DNA of 64,000 nucleotides from Octopus bimaculoides (Eukaryota), in NCBI RefSeq assembly GCF_001194135.2, contig NC_068983.1, forward strand, positions 63,305,985 through 63,369,984, in the 5' to 3' direction. Position numbers and translations under genes: made by a program. The notes below the pieces were generated by a model that did no database searches, was not told the DNA's origin, and saw only the letters and a program-made list of their open reading frames with translations. The first letter of the stretch is position 1. The number at the start of each line of letters is the position of its first letter. Below are positions 38,605-51,200 of this stretch, in pieces.

Positions 38605-38990
38605 GGCGTAGGAGTCACTGTGTGGTAAGTAGCTTGCTTACCAACCACATGGTTCTGGGTTCAGTCCCACTGCATGGCACCTTGGGCAAGTGTCTTCTGC
38701 TATAGCCTCAGGCCGACCAAAGCTTGTGAGTGGTAAAGGAAACTGAAAAGAAGCCCGTCGTATATATATGTATGTGTGTATGTTTGTGTCTGTGTTTATC
38801 CCCCCAACATCACTTGACAACCGATGCTGGTGTTTATACGTCCACGTAATTTAGCGGTTCGGCAAAAGAGACCGATAGAATAAGTACTAGACTTCCAAAG
38901 AATAAATCCTGGAGTTGATTTGCTCGACTAAAGGCAGTGCTCCAGCATGGCCACAGTCAAATGACTGAAACAAGTAAAAGAGATAAAAAA
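38605..38990 (+). mobile_element. Full-length tRNA-derived SINE
   Basis: Same head, body and tail as 18504-18900 and 22525-23001. Confidence 0.92.
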
Positions 38991-39153
38991 GACACACACA
39001 CACACACACACACACGCACATATATATATATATATATATAATTTAAAGGAAAACCACTATTAAATAATTCAATAAAGAAGAACTCAACTCACACCCTCCG
39101 GAAAACAAATATATCACAAAAACCTTACTCAAAAAATCAATAAAATACAAGAG

Positions 39154-39352
39154 GAATAGCTAGTAAATGGTATAAAATGATTACGCACGTTTCGTGGCTA
39201 TATTTTCAAATAGATAACCAATTCAATTAATAATTCTGTTAATAATCAAATCAATCTAGTTAAATCTATTCAAAAATAGAGTCACTCGTAATTTATTCGA
39301 AAAAATAGCCACGAAACATGCGTAGTCATTTTATACCATTTACTAGTTATTC
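39154..39352. repeat. Inverted repeat, ~59-bp arms, ~81-bp spacer (Penelope-like terminal sequence)
   Basis: GAATAGCTAGTAAATGGTATAAAATGATTACGCACGTTTCGTGGCTA pairs with TAGCCACGAAACATGCGTAGTCATTTTATACCATTTACTAGTTATTC. Confidence 0.9.
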
Positions 39353-40190
39353 TATGCCACATAGAGTAGCAAATCTTGTGCTCCTTGAGGGTTACAAAGC
39401 AACTTCACTAATGGTGGTACTTTCATAAAATGCACCCATCTGCTCTATAAAGTAGTTCACATATAAGTAGAGATTATGCAATGTTGAGTGAAGCCTTCAA
39501 ATTTGTTTTGTCAAGGACATGTTAATTTCCTTTGTACTGGTAGCAGGATAAATTGCATCAAGTATATATACTTAAACTAATTGATGTTAAGAAAAGCATC
39601 CAACTGGAGAAATAAAGTCAAAAATAGAACATACAAGCCACAAATGCATGCATGCATGCACGTGCACACACACACACAAGTGCATACATGCACACACACA
39701 CACACACACTTTAACTCTTAATGCCAGTTCACTTTGCATCCACATTCCTAAGGTTGATATCAATGCATAGCAACTTTGGCTAGTATTGTAGTCTCATGTT
39801 GACCAAAGATTTGAAAGGAAAAAAATAATACATAGATAGAAAGTGCATGAAAATTTTGGTGGTGGACCTAATCTGTCCCTCAGTTTATCTGCACTACATA
39901 GTCCTTGGATGCCTTTAATGAACCAAGTCCCCAGTATAAGGGTAACTAGAACCTGATGTGCTGCTTTCTACAGCAGCGATCCATTAATCATTGAGCTAAT
40001 TAGAGATTTTCTGTATAACTGTTTAGCATGCTAGACTTAGTAGCCAAATCTCCCTCAAATCATACTCAACCATTGGAAAAAAGAAACAAATTGGATATAA
40101 AGCCTACAAGAGTGTAGTTCAGCTGATACATTGGTTGACAGCCTAAAGAGACAAAAAGGAAACCATGACTATTTACTGAGCCTTCTCTAT

Positions 40191-40335
40191 CATCACCATC
40201 GTCATTTAACGTCTCCCTTCCATACTGGTACGGATTGGATGGTTTGACAGGAGTTGGCCAGGCAGGAGCCTGCACCAAACTGTGTCTGTTTTGGCAGGGT
40301 TTTTATGGCTGGATGCCCTTCCTAAAACCAACCAC
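40191..40335 (-). mobile_element. RTE-related 3' tail repeat
   Basis: CATCACCATCGTCATTTAACGTC...GCTGGATGCCCTTCCTAAAACCAACCAC. Confidence 0.75.
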
Positions 40336-41089
40336 ATGACAACCTCTTTGAATTTAAAGAGACTCCTCCTTCTAGGGTCCAAATGTACTCTTGTTTACCT
40401 TGCCAAATTTTATGAGTGGTCATAATTGTTTAGAATCTATTACATAGACAACAGGAGATAACTCTAACTTAGAATATTTTTATAGATACCGACTTTTCTT
40501 GTTATAACTGTATAATTCTTATTTATAAAGCAATCTACAAAGAACCTAATCTATGACAAAACAAAGCAAAACAAGCGTATCAACTTCACTCAACTTTCTA
40601 TGTGATATATTATCCAATATATTTACCCAACAAACAAACAAGACATAAATTTTGAAATATTTGGACAATATGTTTTATTATTGTTGTTGTTGTTGTTATT
40701 ATTATTATTATTTATATTACACATTGACAATAGTTAAGGGAATAATGCCAAAACTAGTGCTCCTTTGGAATTAATTATTCTGTTGATTTACCATAATATT
40801 TCATTGTAAAGAAATCAGTTTATAAACAGGCAATATGAACGAGAAACATTTCTACAAAACAAAAAAAAGAAAATTGTAAAATAGGGTCCAAAATTACAAT
40901 AATTGATCACTTGAGAGCAATTGCTTTTACACGGTTTAATAAGAAAAAATATTCTATAATGGCTACATAAATATTGGCTATTAAAGGACTCTAGAGGAGA
41001 AGTTAAAAATTTACAATGTAAATTATTTCCTTTGATTTGTATTTTATGAAACAATACTTAGATATTTTACTTAAAGCAAGGAGAGAAAT

Positions 41090-41250
41090 ACACACACACA
41101 TGCGCATGTGCACGCATGCTTGTGTGCGCATGCCTGTGTGTGTGTGTGCACACGTGTGTATGTGTGTGTGCGCACGCATGTATGTGTGTGTGCACATGTG
41201 TGCATGCATACGCACGTGTGCATGCATGCGCACATGTGTGTGCACATTTG
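41090..41250. repeat. Degenerate alternating purine-pyrimidine tract (CA/TG/CG mosaic)
   Basis: CACACACACATGCGCATGTGCACGCATG...GCACATGTGTGTGCAC. Confidence 0.9.
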
Positions 41251-41680
41251 TTTCAAATTCACTTCTCTAAATTAACATGAGTTTGGTTATGTTTGCAGAC
41301 CTCTGATATTTGCAAATGAATTGCTGATCGCTGGAATTGCTTGCACAAGAGTTTACATTATTCTTTAAAACCACTGTAACTTTCCTGTTTCTGATAATTC
41401 AGTCTTAAAGTGGGAGTGGTATCTATGTTCAGCCACAGAACACGAGGAAAGCAACAGAGTATGCCAAGCAACACAAGCCCTTAAGAAGAGTTTATGATTA
41501 TAAGGTTATTTATCCCATCATTCTATTTCTTTCTTTCTCACTCACTCTGAAGGATAAAAGGCAAAGTCAACTGTATTGGGATCTGAACACAAAGCATGCA
41601 GAAAGGACATGAAAAATTGAAACACTTTGTAGTGTTCAATCATTTCTGCTTCTCTAATGCCCATCATTATCATCAACATT

Positions 41681-41870
41681 TTAACCCTTTTGTTACCATA
41701 GTTCTGTTGAAATACACTGCTTCTGTTCTAGTGAAGTTTCAAAATAATAAAGAATTCTGCAAAATAACTTCATCATTATGACATTGGTGTTTGGAACATA
41801 GATTAACATGAAATTTTGATGGAGGATTTAAAATTTTATCACTTTAAAACAGGAAGTTTGACTCATAAAA
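41681..41870. mobile_element. Possible piggyBac-like MITE fragment
   Basis: Begins TTAA-CCCTTTTGTTACC, a TTAA+CCC terminus as in piggyBac. The other terminus was not identified. Confidence 0.3.
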
Positions 41871-42929
41871 TGCAAATTTTCCCATGTTGTTAAAGATTCA
41901 ACCTGTTATCTGTAGAACAGAGTTATTTAAATTGCTACTTTTCATCAACGAGACCCATCATACTAAAACTTTACTTCTTTACATGACCTCTCTCAAATGT
42001 TAACTGAAAGGCACTCAGTACATTTTGTTGTATAAGAGGAGGGTCTTTATGCCAACAATAAACATGTACTGGTTCAATTTCACTTCTTTTATTATTATTA
42101 GTCAACCATTAAGTATTTGACCAATTACTTAATCAATTGTTTGATTAATCATTCAGTCTATCAGTAAATCAGCAAGTTTCCTCAGAGTCCTTTTGTTGTC
42201 ATTCCCAACCTCATCAATGACGTTGCTGGCATAACTATGGATGGCAGCAGATCTCTCCTATTCACTGTATCATCTGCCTGTGTAACTAAGGATATATTGT
42301 TCCTTTTCCACACAACCATCTCTTTGGCATTTATTATCTGTCTTACAATAATGAAGAATGCTGTTAGACCTATCTGCATTGAATTTGTACTTAATACACT
42401 GTTCCATCACTTAATCTTACCATTGTCCCTCTCAGCTAGTATCTACCACTTGTATTTTCCCTCTACTGTACTCTCACCTTCTATCACTATGTTTTTCCCC
42501 ATCAGAGTTTTGCATTCTCCATCAATTTTTTTCTATTCAGCTTCTCCGTCTATGCTTTGAGTGAATATACTCATGAATGTGTACTAAGGACTTCAATTTT
42601 ATAAGGTACAAGACAACCTCATTAAGCTGGTACTAAAATTAAATTCATTCAGTACACTCTCTAAAGATGCTGGCAATTGAATGAAGATAATTTTTAGTCT
42701 TGTTGAGTACATGATGACTGCTTCAATACTTGTGTCACAATAAAGTATACCCTGTGCAATCTGTAAAGTGGCTAGAGATAGGAAGTGAGACATACTCTTT
42801 GAGCCAGACAAGAGGGTAGAAATTCTGTATTAGAACTGACTGGGACTGTGACAACCTGTTGACTCCATGCTAACATAGAAAGCAGATTTTACTTGATGAT
42901 GATGATAATCATGATCATGATATGTATGC

Positions 42930-43056
42930 AAAAAGCATCCAGCCATAAAAACCATGCCAAAGTAGACATTGTAGCTTGGCACAGTCCGCGAGTTAGCCAG
43001 CTCCTGTTAAACAATCCAATCCATGCCAGCATGGAAAATGAGCATTAAAGATGATA

Positions 43057-43094
<38 letters not shown>

Positions 43095-43098
43095 AATG
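42930..43098 (+). mobile_element. RTE-related 3' tail repeat with expanded (GAT)n
   Basis: AAAAGCATCCAGCCATAAAAACCATGCC...CCATGCCAGCATGGAAAATGAGCATTAAAG(ATG)n. Confidence 0.7.
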
Positions 43099-44174
43099 AC
43101 TGCAACATTTATGCACGCAACAATAAGCAGTTCTGTACCCTATATTTCTTTTAATGGGTTTAACTTTATTTTGCCTTTGATTATTTTTGCCCTCTTCTGT
43201 TTCTCATGTTGCTTTGTCTTTCAAACTTTCACCACCTGGACAACATTCATTTTTAGACCAAGAAAACAAACATTTTCAACAGTACCAAGACAAATCTTTA
43301 CACATAAAAAAAAAAAAATCAGCAGACATGAACAACACAATTAAAAACCTTAAAACTTTATTACAAACACTAGGTCACAGAGTCTTTGATAATCAGTCAT
43401 AGCAACAACTGTATAGTTTTGAAAACAAAATATTCCTCTTTAGGACAAGAGAATATTTCAACCTTGATCAGTTGTAGATCCTAGAATTGTAGAGCTGTAA
43501 AGTCCCCAGTCTTTGTGCATATTTTTCCTAACATAACCTACACAAAACTGAACATTAACTACATCAGTTTCACTAGTCTTAGAGGGCTTTGAAAGTGATG
43601 GGTGTTGTCATGCCTCATACCAAGAGATAATAAGGTAAAGAAAGGAGAAACACTGAATCTATATCCTTTCAAATACATTTATTTCTTCTTTGAGAAAACT
43701 CTTCTGAAACGCTTGAATTCTCTCTCAACCTTAGCACACAGATATATTCCATTCCATGGAAGTGATTTTTTTTTTGTATATTCAAACTACAGTTCATTTT
43801 CTTTGACTTTGTTCATAAACTTTTAGCTATCTATAATATCAGTAGATTTTAAATCTTTATAAAACAGATTCTAATAAGAGCCCAATATGCACATGTAGAA
43901 AGAATATCCTATCATTTGGTTAAATTAAATCTCTTAGAGCAATGGAAATATAATGGCCTGATTAATGTGAGTTCAATCTTAAGTCCAAAACATGAATTAA
44001 TAATTCATTAATAGTAAAATGCATAAAAGGAAACTAAGAGATTCAATCTGCATTAACTTTCTGGATTCAAAGTTTTTCTGACTATCCTAAGTCAACAGAA
44101 CAATATATCAACAGCAGTTACATAAATGTATATATACTATATGTGAGTGAGTGTGAGTGTATCTGGATGGCATG

Positions 44175-44600
44175 CATCATCATCGTCATTATATGTCTGC
44201 TTTCCATGCTAGCATGGGTTGGACGATTTGACTGGGGACTGGCAAACTAGATGGTTACACCAGACTCCAATCTGATCTGGCAGAGTTTCTACAGCTGGAT
44301 GCCCTTCCTAACGCCAACCACTCCAAGAGTGTAGTGGGTGCTTTTTACGTGCCACCAACACAAGGGCCAGTCAGGCAGCACTGGCAATGGCCACGCTCAA
44401 ATGGTGTTTTTTTACGTGCCACCTGCACAGGAGTCACTCCACTGTTCTGTTCACATGCCACTGGCACAAGTGCCAGTAAGGTGAAGCTGGAAACGATCGC
44501 GCTCAAATGGTACTTTTTACGTGCCACCAGCATGGGAGCGAGACCGCTGCTTTCGCAGTGATCCCGCTCGAATGGTGCTGTTAGCGCTCTACTGGCATGG
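44175..44600 (-). mobile_element. RTE-related non-autonomous element/3' tail
   Basis: CATCATCATCGTCATT...CAGCTGGATGCCCTTCCTAACGCCAACCACTCC...TTTTTACGTGCCACC modules. Confidence 0.85.
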
Positions 44601-45223
44601 GTGCTGGTCATCAAATTCATGGTGGAAAACTTCATTTCACAACCACATGGTTTCTGGTTCAATTCAACTTGGTGTTATGTACCATTTGAGAAATAATTTG
44701 ACTGGAATTTGGCAGACAGAAACTATGCAGAAGCCTCTCCCTTTCTCTTCCCCCCACCCCTGCACGCACACACACAAATATAGATATATAAAACTGTATA
44801 TAAAAGCAGATTAATATTAAACTAAATGATTACTCAATACTTTTTATCATACTACATATTTATTACTTTTTATTAGGAAAACATCAATATGACTTTGATG
44901 TTTCAGCTTACTCGCCTTCATTGGAAAGTGATTTACTTTGATTCTTTTTTGGAGCTAACTGGTTCTTGACAGATGTTCTTTTAGGTAAATGGAGCAATGT
45001 AATAGTTATTAGGTATGACTTAAGTAGACAGGGGAAGTATTTTGTTGTGGGACAGAGGAGGATAGGAAGAACATATGTGTTTGAAGAGTGTGTATTGATA
45101 GAAAAGTATGTGAGTATTATTTTGATTTTTATGTGGGAATGTTGTTTAGGATTCAGTCAGGTAGGGAAGTAAGAGTCTGAACAAATATATGTATATGAGA
45201 TGAGTGTGTGTGTGTATCAATAT

Positions 45224-46100
45224 CATCATCATCATCATCATCAACAACATCTTTTAACGTCCATTTTCCATGCTGGCATGTGTTGGACAGTTTGACTGAG
45301 GAGGACTGGCAAGTCAGGAGGCTGCGCCAGGCTCCAATCTGTTCTGGCAAGGTTTCTACGGCTGGATACCCTTCCTAATGCCAACCACTTTGAGAGTGTA
45401 GTGGGTGCTTTTTACATGCCACAGGCATGGGTGCCAGTCAGGTGGCACTGGTATTGGCCACGACAACGATTTCACTTGACTCAAGAGGTCTTCTCAAGTA
45501 CAGCATATTGCCCGATGATTAAAGGGTACTTTTAAACAGGCCCGTTATGTGACACTGGCATTGGTTGTGGATATGAGCTCACTTGACTAGTCAGGTCTTT
45601 TCAAGCACAGCATATCTCCAAAGGTCTCGGTCACTTATCATTGTCTCTGTGAGGCTCAACATTTGAAAGCCATACTTCACCACCTCATCCCAGGTCTTCC
45701 TGGGTTTATCTCTTTCACAGTTTCCCTCCACTGTTAGGGTTTCACAATTGTCGTCCAATGTGCCCGTTGAAGTTGCCAGCCACAAAGAGAATGTCTCTTG
45801 TCATTTGCCAATGAGATAGTTTGCAAGACAGTGTCATAAAATCGATCTTTCTGTTCATCAGGTAGCTAAGATAATGGTTGCTAATCATGTTGCAGCCCTA
45901 ATCTAAGCTTAAGTATACTTTGATTACCTTATCAACCCATTTCTCTGCAAGGAGTATACCCACACTGCCAACCCTGTCAGTGTTCCCTACCCAGAAAATC
46001 TTATACCTATAGTTCTTTGCCTGTGAGGAACCTAGAAGAGCTTCCTCTCCACCATGAACAATCCAAACTGATTCACATTCTCCAAATACAATCAAGTACA
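45224..46100 (-). mobile_element. Internally deleted RTE LINE: endonuclease 5' part joined to 3' end and tail
   Basis: YKIFWVGNTDRVGSVGILLAEKWVDKV and EQKDRFYD...GNFNGHIG (APE) are followed directly by TVEGNCERDKPRKTWDEVVK...LWRYAVLEK and the (GAT)n tail. Confidence 0.85.
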
Positions 46101-46448
46101 ATGAAATTTTGTAAAACATTCCAAGGATTCTCCATTTGAGGTTCTTGGACTGAATATAGGCTCACAGCCTTAAATACATACAAAATATACACACATTTAC
46201 ACACACAAACAGTAATATAGCATCCATAGTATATGAGAGCAAGTTGACCCACACACACATGCATACATACCCATATGCACTCACTAACCAATTCAGATAT
46301 CCACGAACCCCAAGAGTTGTCTTGACTTAAACAAAAGTGCCTTGCCACTTTGTTAGTAACTGGCTTAAACTCTGCAAAGAAAAAAAAATTGTATCCCTAA
46401 CACGCACACTCACACACGCACAGACACAGACACGCACACACACACACA

Positions 46449-46483
<35 letters not shown>

Positions 46484-47129
46484 AACCTGTGTGGTTCCAT
46501 TTTGATTACTGTAAGATTGATTAGATTTTGAAAATTAAAATAACCTTCATAAAATAGGCCAACATGTTTAGCATCAAACACATTTATTGATGAATATTAT
46601 GATGATAATCAACACATGAACACTCTATACCAGCGTTTCTTAACCTGGGTTCTGCAAAAAGTCCCTATGGGTTCCTCAAGAAAGAGTGAGATATGTTAAT
46701 GCTAATTTCATGATCATAATATTACTATACATGCACATTCCTATCTAACCTATTATGTTATCAAAAAAATATAACAACCATTGAAAATGAAATCCGTGTG
46801 TGTTTATCTAAAGTTTGACCTCAAAATAAGTATTTGACAGGCACAGGTTTCACATTAGGGAAGCATGTTTCCCTTTATCAAATGGCTTTGAAAGTAATAT
46901 TTCCTTGTACAATTTATTGGTTAACAGTACATTTTGACTTGATTTATCGTTTGTCTTTTCAACATTGCCAGTAAAGGATAAATAAATAATAAATTGATAC
47001 ACAATTATCTGTCTTTCTTCTATTTACATTTATGCATTATAGGTATATGATATTGGTTACTTATGTTTATTTTTTACGTCTAAGTTTAGATTTTTTTTCT
47101 TTTTTTTTTGCGCGTGAATGAAACTCCAT

Positions 47130-47530
47130 GATGAGGTATCATAAATGAGCAGTATGAATCTTACCTAGCATAACCAATAAATTTGATAAAGAAGTATTAA
47201 GTTTTTCTTAAGCCAATTATTAATATTCATCATGGCATCTGATGTGGCTTTTTAAACCAGACAATGTTTTGAAAAGACACTTACAGAGATTGCATATCTG
47301 ATTCGGACTACCAAGAGATGGTGTTAAGTTCTGATCTTTGTGGATCTTAAAATGTCTTTTGAAGTCTCCATCAGATTTGCAGACCTTCTCGAATACATTG
47401 CATTGAAAGATGTGCACAGACATATAGGCTGAATAGTTGGTGGCGGTTCATTTTCCATGGGTTCACTAATGGGATGTGAGCCCAGCAAACGAAAGGCATG
47501 GTCTGCTATGAACTGTGCACACAAAAAGGT
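47130..47530 (-). mobile_element. 3' end of RTE-type LINE ORF with three degenerate C2H2 zinc fingers
   Basis: One frame with stops: FVCTVHSRPCLSFAGLTSH**THGK, FQCNVFEKVCKSDGDFKRHFKIH, ICNLCKCLFKTLSGLKSHIRCH. No TGEKP linkers. The CxxC..GLxSHxRxH style is typical of LINE C-termini. Confidence 0.55.
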
Positions 47531-47567
47531 CATTGTGATTCACCTTCTCAGTATGTATATACATATA

Positions 47568-47598
<31 letters not shown>

Positions 47599-48046
47599 NN
47601 NNNNNNNNNNNNNNNNNNNNNNNNNNNNNNNNNNNNNNNNNNNNNNNNNNNNNNNNNNNNNNNNNNNNNNNNNNNNNNNNNNNNNNNNNNNNNNNNNNNN
47701 NNNNNNNNNNNNNNNNNNNNNNNNNNNNNNNNNNNNNNNNNNNNNNNNNNNNNNNNNNNNNNNNNNNNNNNNNNNNNNNNNNNNNNNNNNNNNNNNNNNN
47801 NNNNNNNNNNNNNNNNNNNNNNNNNNNNNNNNNNNNNNNNNNNNNNNNNNNNNNNNNNNNNNNNNNNNNNNNNNNNNNNNNNNNNNNNNNNNNNNNNNNN
47901 NNNNNNNNNNNNNNNNNNNNNNNNNNNNNNNNNNNNNNNNNNNNNNNNNNNNNNNNNNNNNNNNNNNNNNNNNNNNNNNNNNNNNNNNNNNNNNNNNNNN
48001 NNNNNNNNNNNNNNNNNNNNNNNNNNNNNNNNNNNNNNNNNNNNNN
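47599..48046. other. Assembly gap
   Basis: N run between a (TA)n tract and a 115-bp tandem array. Confidence 1.
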
Positions 48047-48440
48047 CACCTGCACAAGAGCCAGTCCAGGGGCACTTACAACGATCTCACTCAAAAATCG
48101 TACAAAGGCCAGTCAGGCGGTACTGGCAACGGCCACGCTCAAGATGGTGTATTTTATGTGCCACCTGCACAAGAGCCAGTCCAGGGGCACTTACAACGAT
48201 CTCACTCAAAAATCGTACAAAGGCCAGTCAGGCGGTACTGGCAACGGCCAGGCTCAAAATGGTGTATTTTATGTGCCACCCACACAAGAGCCAGTCCAGG
48301 GGCACTGGCAACAATCTCGCTCGAAAATCCTACAAAGGCCAGTCAGGCAGTACTGGCAACGGCCACGCTCAAAATGGTGTATTTTATGTGCCACCCGCAC
48401 AAGAGCCAGTCCAGGGGCACTGGCAACGATCTCACTCGAA
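48047..48440. repeat. Tandem array of a 115-bp unit (at least 3.4 copies, open into the gap)
   Basis: Unit starts CACCTGCACAAGAGCCAGTCCAGGGGCAC at 48047, 48162, 48277 and 48392. Confidence 0.95.
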
Positions 48441-48550
48441 AGTCCTTAGACATGCCACGGGCACAAATGCCAGAAAGGCGAATGCTGGGCACAGGTGCCA
48501 TCACAAATTCGCTTTTACTTGCCCCAATAAGTCTTCGCAAGCTGAGTTTC

Positions 48551-48682
48551 GTGTCCAATTTAACTCGATTTTGATTTCACTTGCCTCAACAGGTCTTCGC
48601 AAGTGGAGTTTAGTGTCCAATTTAACTCGATTTCGATTTCACTTGCCTCAACAGGTCTTCGCAAGTGGAGTTTAGTGTCCAA
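48551..48682. repeat. Tandem duplication of a 62-bp unit (about 2.2 copies)
   Basis: GTGTCCAATTTAACTCGATT...GCAAGTGGAGTTTA starts at 48551 and 48613, with a partial third copy at 48675. Confidence 0.95.
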
Positions 48683-50445
48683 TGAAGGAAGGTACGTCTA
48701 AGTGGACTGGCTGAGGCCTTAGATTTAGATCTCACTTGGCTTGCTGGATTTTCTCACGCACAGCATTTGGCAGAGTATCTACAGCTGGATGCCCTTCCTA
48801 AACGCCAACCACTCAGAGAGTGTAGTGGGTGCTTTTACGTGTCGACATTTACCACGCAAACTACAATGAAAAAATATGAGTGTGGTATATTATATATTAT
48901 TTTTTGTGCTGGGGTTCCTTGAGACATGTAATTTATTTTAAGGGTTATGCAAGGCTAAAAATATTGAGAAACCCTGCTCTCTATACTATCATTTCTTTCA
49001 CTCCAAATCTTTTCTTCCCATGTAACCAGAAAACAATTTTATTTTTATAAAAATGTGGAAATTAATAGTGGTTTCTAATTTCAACAAAATACTAATTTTT
49101 GTAGAGATCAATATATTGCATTGAATCAACCTAACTTTTACTGGTACTTAACTTATCAAAATCAAAGAAATATTCCTTAATGTTAACTATAACATGATTT
49201 GAACTCATAAACTAGATTCATTAAATATTATCATTACATTGATCTCATAATCTGCGCTCTCTGACACATCCCATGCTCTCTTATGAATATTAATCGCTTG
49301 CAATAAGATATGAACTTATTTTTATGTTTAAATATACAATATTTTAATTATCATTCTTTTGTTTTTTTCTATACACATGAAAGGTCTCTGGGAAATTAGC
49401 AAATTTTCTGAAAAAGTATAAAAAGGAATACCTGTAAAGAAATGAATCTTGAAATAATCAGAAGCTAAAAATTCACTGAAGCTTAATAATTTTGTAATCT
49501 AATGATATTTAATATTAACTTTAATCAGAGGTTCCCCAAAAAATGAAATGTGAATATTTTAAGTCACTAATTAAAACACACAAAAACCAAGTAAAATTTT
49601 CAATTTACATTTCAGAACAAGAAGAATTTACAATTAATAATGTGAATTTAAGAAGAAAAAAAAGGCAACCTTAACAAAAAAAAAATTTTGAATTTCCCTT
49701 TTTAATGACTTCATTTATTTAACTTTAACTTCATAATCAAAGTTTCCCTGTGTAGACGAGAATTTTGAAACTATAAAGCTTCTAACTACTAGAAATTGTC
49801 TAAAAAAATTATATAATCAGATATAGTTGAAATACTATGTGTTTATTGATAATTTTAATTTATGTAAATAAGAAACAACTAAAAGCTTTAGAACTGAGTA
49901 TTTTTTTGTAATAAAAAAAAATAAAATAAAGTTTATTTTCAATGAAAGTTATTCCATCAGCATGCTATCCTGAAATATTAATAACCACTGAGTAAAGGGA
50001 ATTAAATGGCAACTTGTTTGGACTTAAGCCATTAAAGTCTTTAGAATTATGGTCACAGAGAGCCACATCAGTAACTGCTTGAAATCCTATACTGCAGCTC
50101 TTTCAGATAATGTTTATCATTAATGTTCCTGGGAAAGGCATCAACACCACACAGTCTCTTTTATTTCCCTCTAGAATTTTAAGGTATCTGTATTGGAAGT
50201 TAATTAACAATTAAATTGAAACTTTAAACCCAATTTCAAGACAAGGGTCAGGGTCCATTGTTTGTTCCTTTAAATTAGAAAGAAGGAACATGACTCAGAC
50301 TAGTGGCCTTAAAATAGAGATTGTGAATCTGAGAATTTATATTTTGCAAGAATAAATGAGAGATGTTCCACAAGGTTGAATTGTAGAAAAGTTAACAGAT
50401 GAATTGTGCAGTGTAAATTATTAGTAAAAATATTGTCAAATTTAC

Positions 50446-50541
50446 AGTGAAGTCACTGGTACTTATACAATATTCCTCTGGGTATAGCACAGTACTTTTG
50501 ACAACATATGAATAACCAACACTTTTGATGACAGATATACA
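50446..50541 (-). CDS. Weak candidate exon of host gene (96 bp, phase 0-0)
   Basis: Open frame CISVIKSVGYSYVVKSTVLYPEEYCISTSDFT, donor ACT|GTAAAT. The acceptor (GACTAG|) lacks a good pyrimidine tract. Phase fits after 53726-53849. Confidence 0.25.
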
Positions 50542-50929
50542 CTAGTCAGCTCATGTAAGTGACTGTGATTCCCATTAGTACTTCAATACAAATTCATTAA
50601 CTACATTTTTTATAAGTATACAAAATTCACAATTCTTGATTTCTTACATTAAGTGTTTCGAGAACTGAAGCAAAGAGGACCAAAGAATTAATAACACTAA
50701 TCCTTCCCTCAGGTTGGAATATATGTCTTGGAAAGAGGTATTAGAGTAGGTGATAAAACACTGTATAATTGGTGACTGTTTTGTTGTTTGTTTGTGTGTT
50801 TCTTCACTTCCTCACTTGTTCACATGGCCGTTTATTTATTCATTAATTACTCAAAAGGTGTTGTAGAATCAAAGGCAGGCTGACAATGAAAAAGGCATTT
50901 ATGGCAGATGAATAGGAGTAGTTAGCTGT

Positions 50930-51200
50930 CAGAGCACCAGTAAAATGCATTCCTTGTAAATTTCAGGCAGCCTGATCAACAGTGGAGATAGGTGTTCTGA
51001 AATCATAGTAGCTAGAATGAGAAATGGATATGAAAAGTTTAGGGTGCTGTCACCTCTGCAAAGTGTACCAATGCCTGTGGACATACTGTGATGCAACATA
51101 GTAGTGTGTTTGGACATTGAATGCAGATGTTGTAGGATATTTAGGAAGAAATGAAGCAGGTGTGATCTACAAGATGTGCAATGCTAGTGTAGAAAAATAG
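50930..51200 (+). mobile_element. Old RTE RT fragment
   Basis: SGSLINSGDRCSEIIVARMRNGYEKFRVLSPL is homologous to GDLISSEGGCSECMVARILIGWEKFREILPL at ~30150. Confidence 0.65.

Larger units (their letters stand above)
46631..48976. mobile_element. hAT (Charlie-like) non-autonomous element carrying nested insertions
   Basis: Left TIR CAGCGTTTCTTAA, right TIR reverse-complements to CAGGGTTTCTCAA. 8-bp TSD CTCTATAC before the element; (CT)CTCTATAC after it. Confidence 0.75.

Noticed and set aside
47220-47423. Host C2H2 zinc-finger gene
   Set aside because: In-frame stops, mutated cysteines, no Kruppel linkers and location inside a MITE favour a retroelement remnant.
48047-48682. CRISPR-like appearance of regularly spaced repeats
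   Set aside because: The units are contiguous tandem copies with no unique spacers, there are no cas genes, and the context is eukaryotic.
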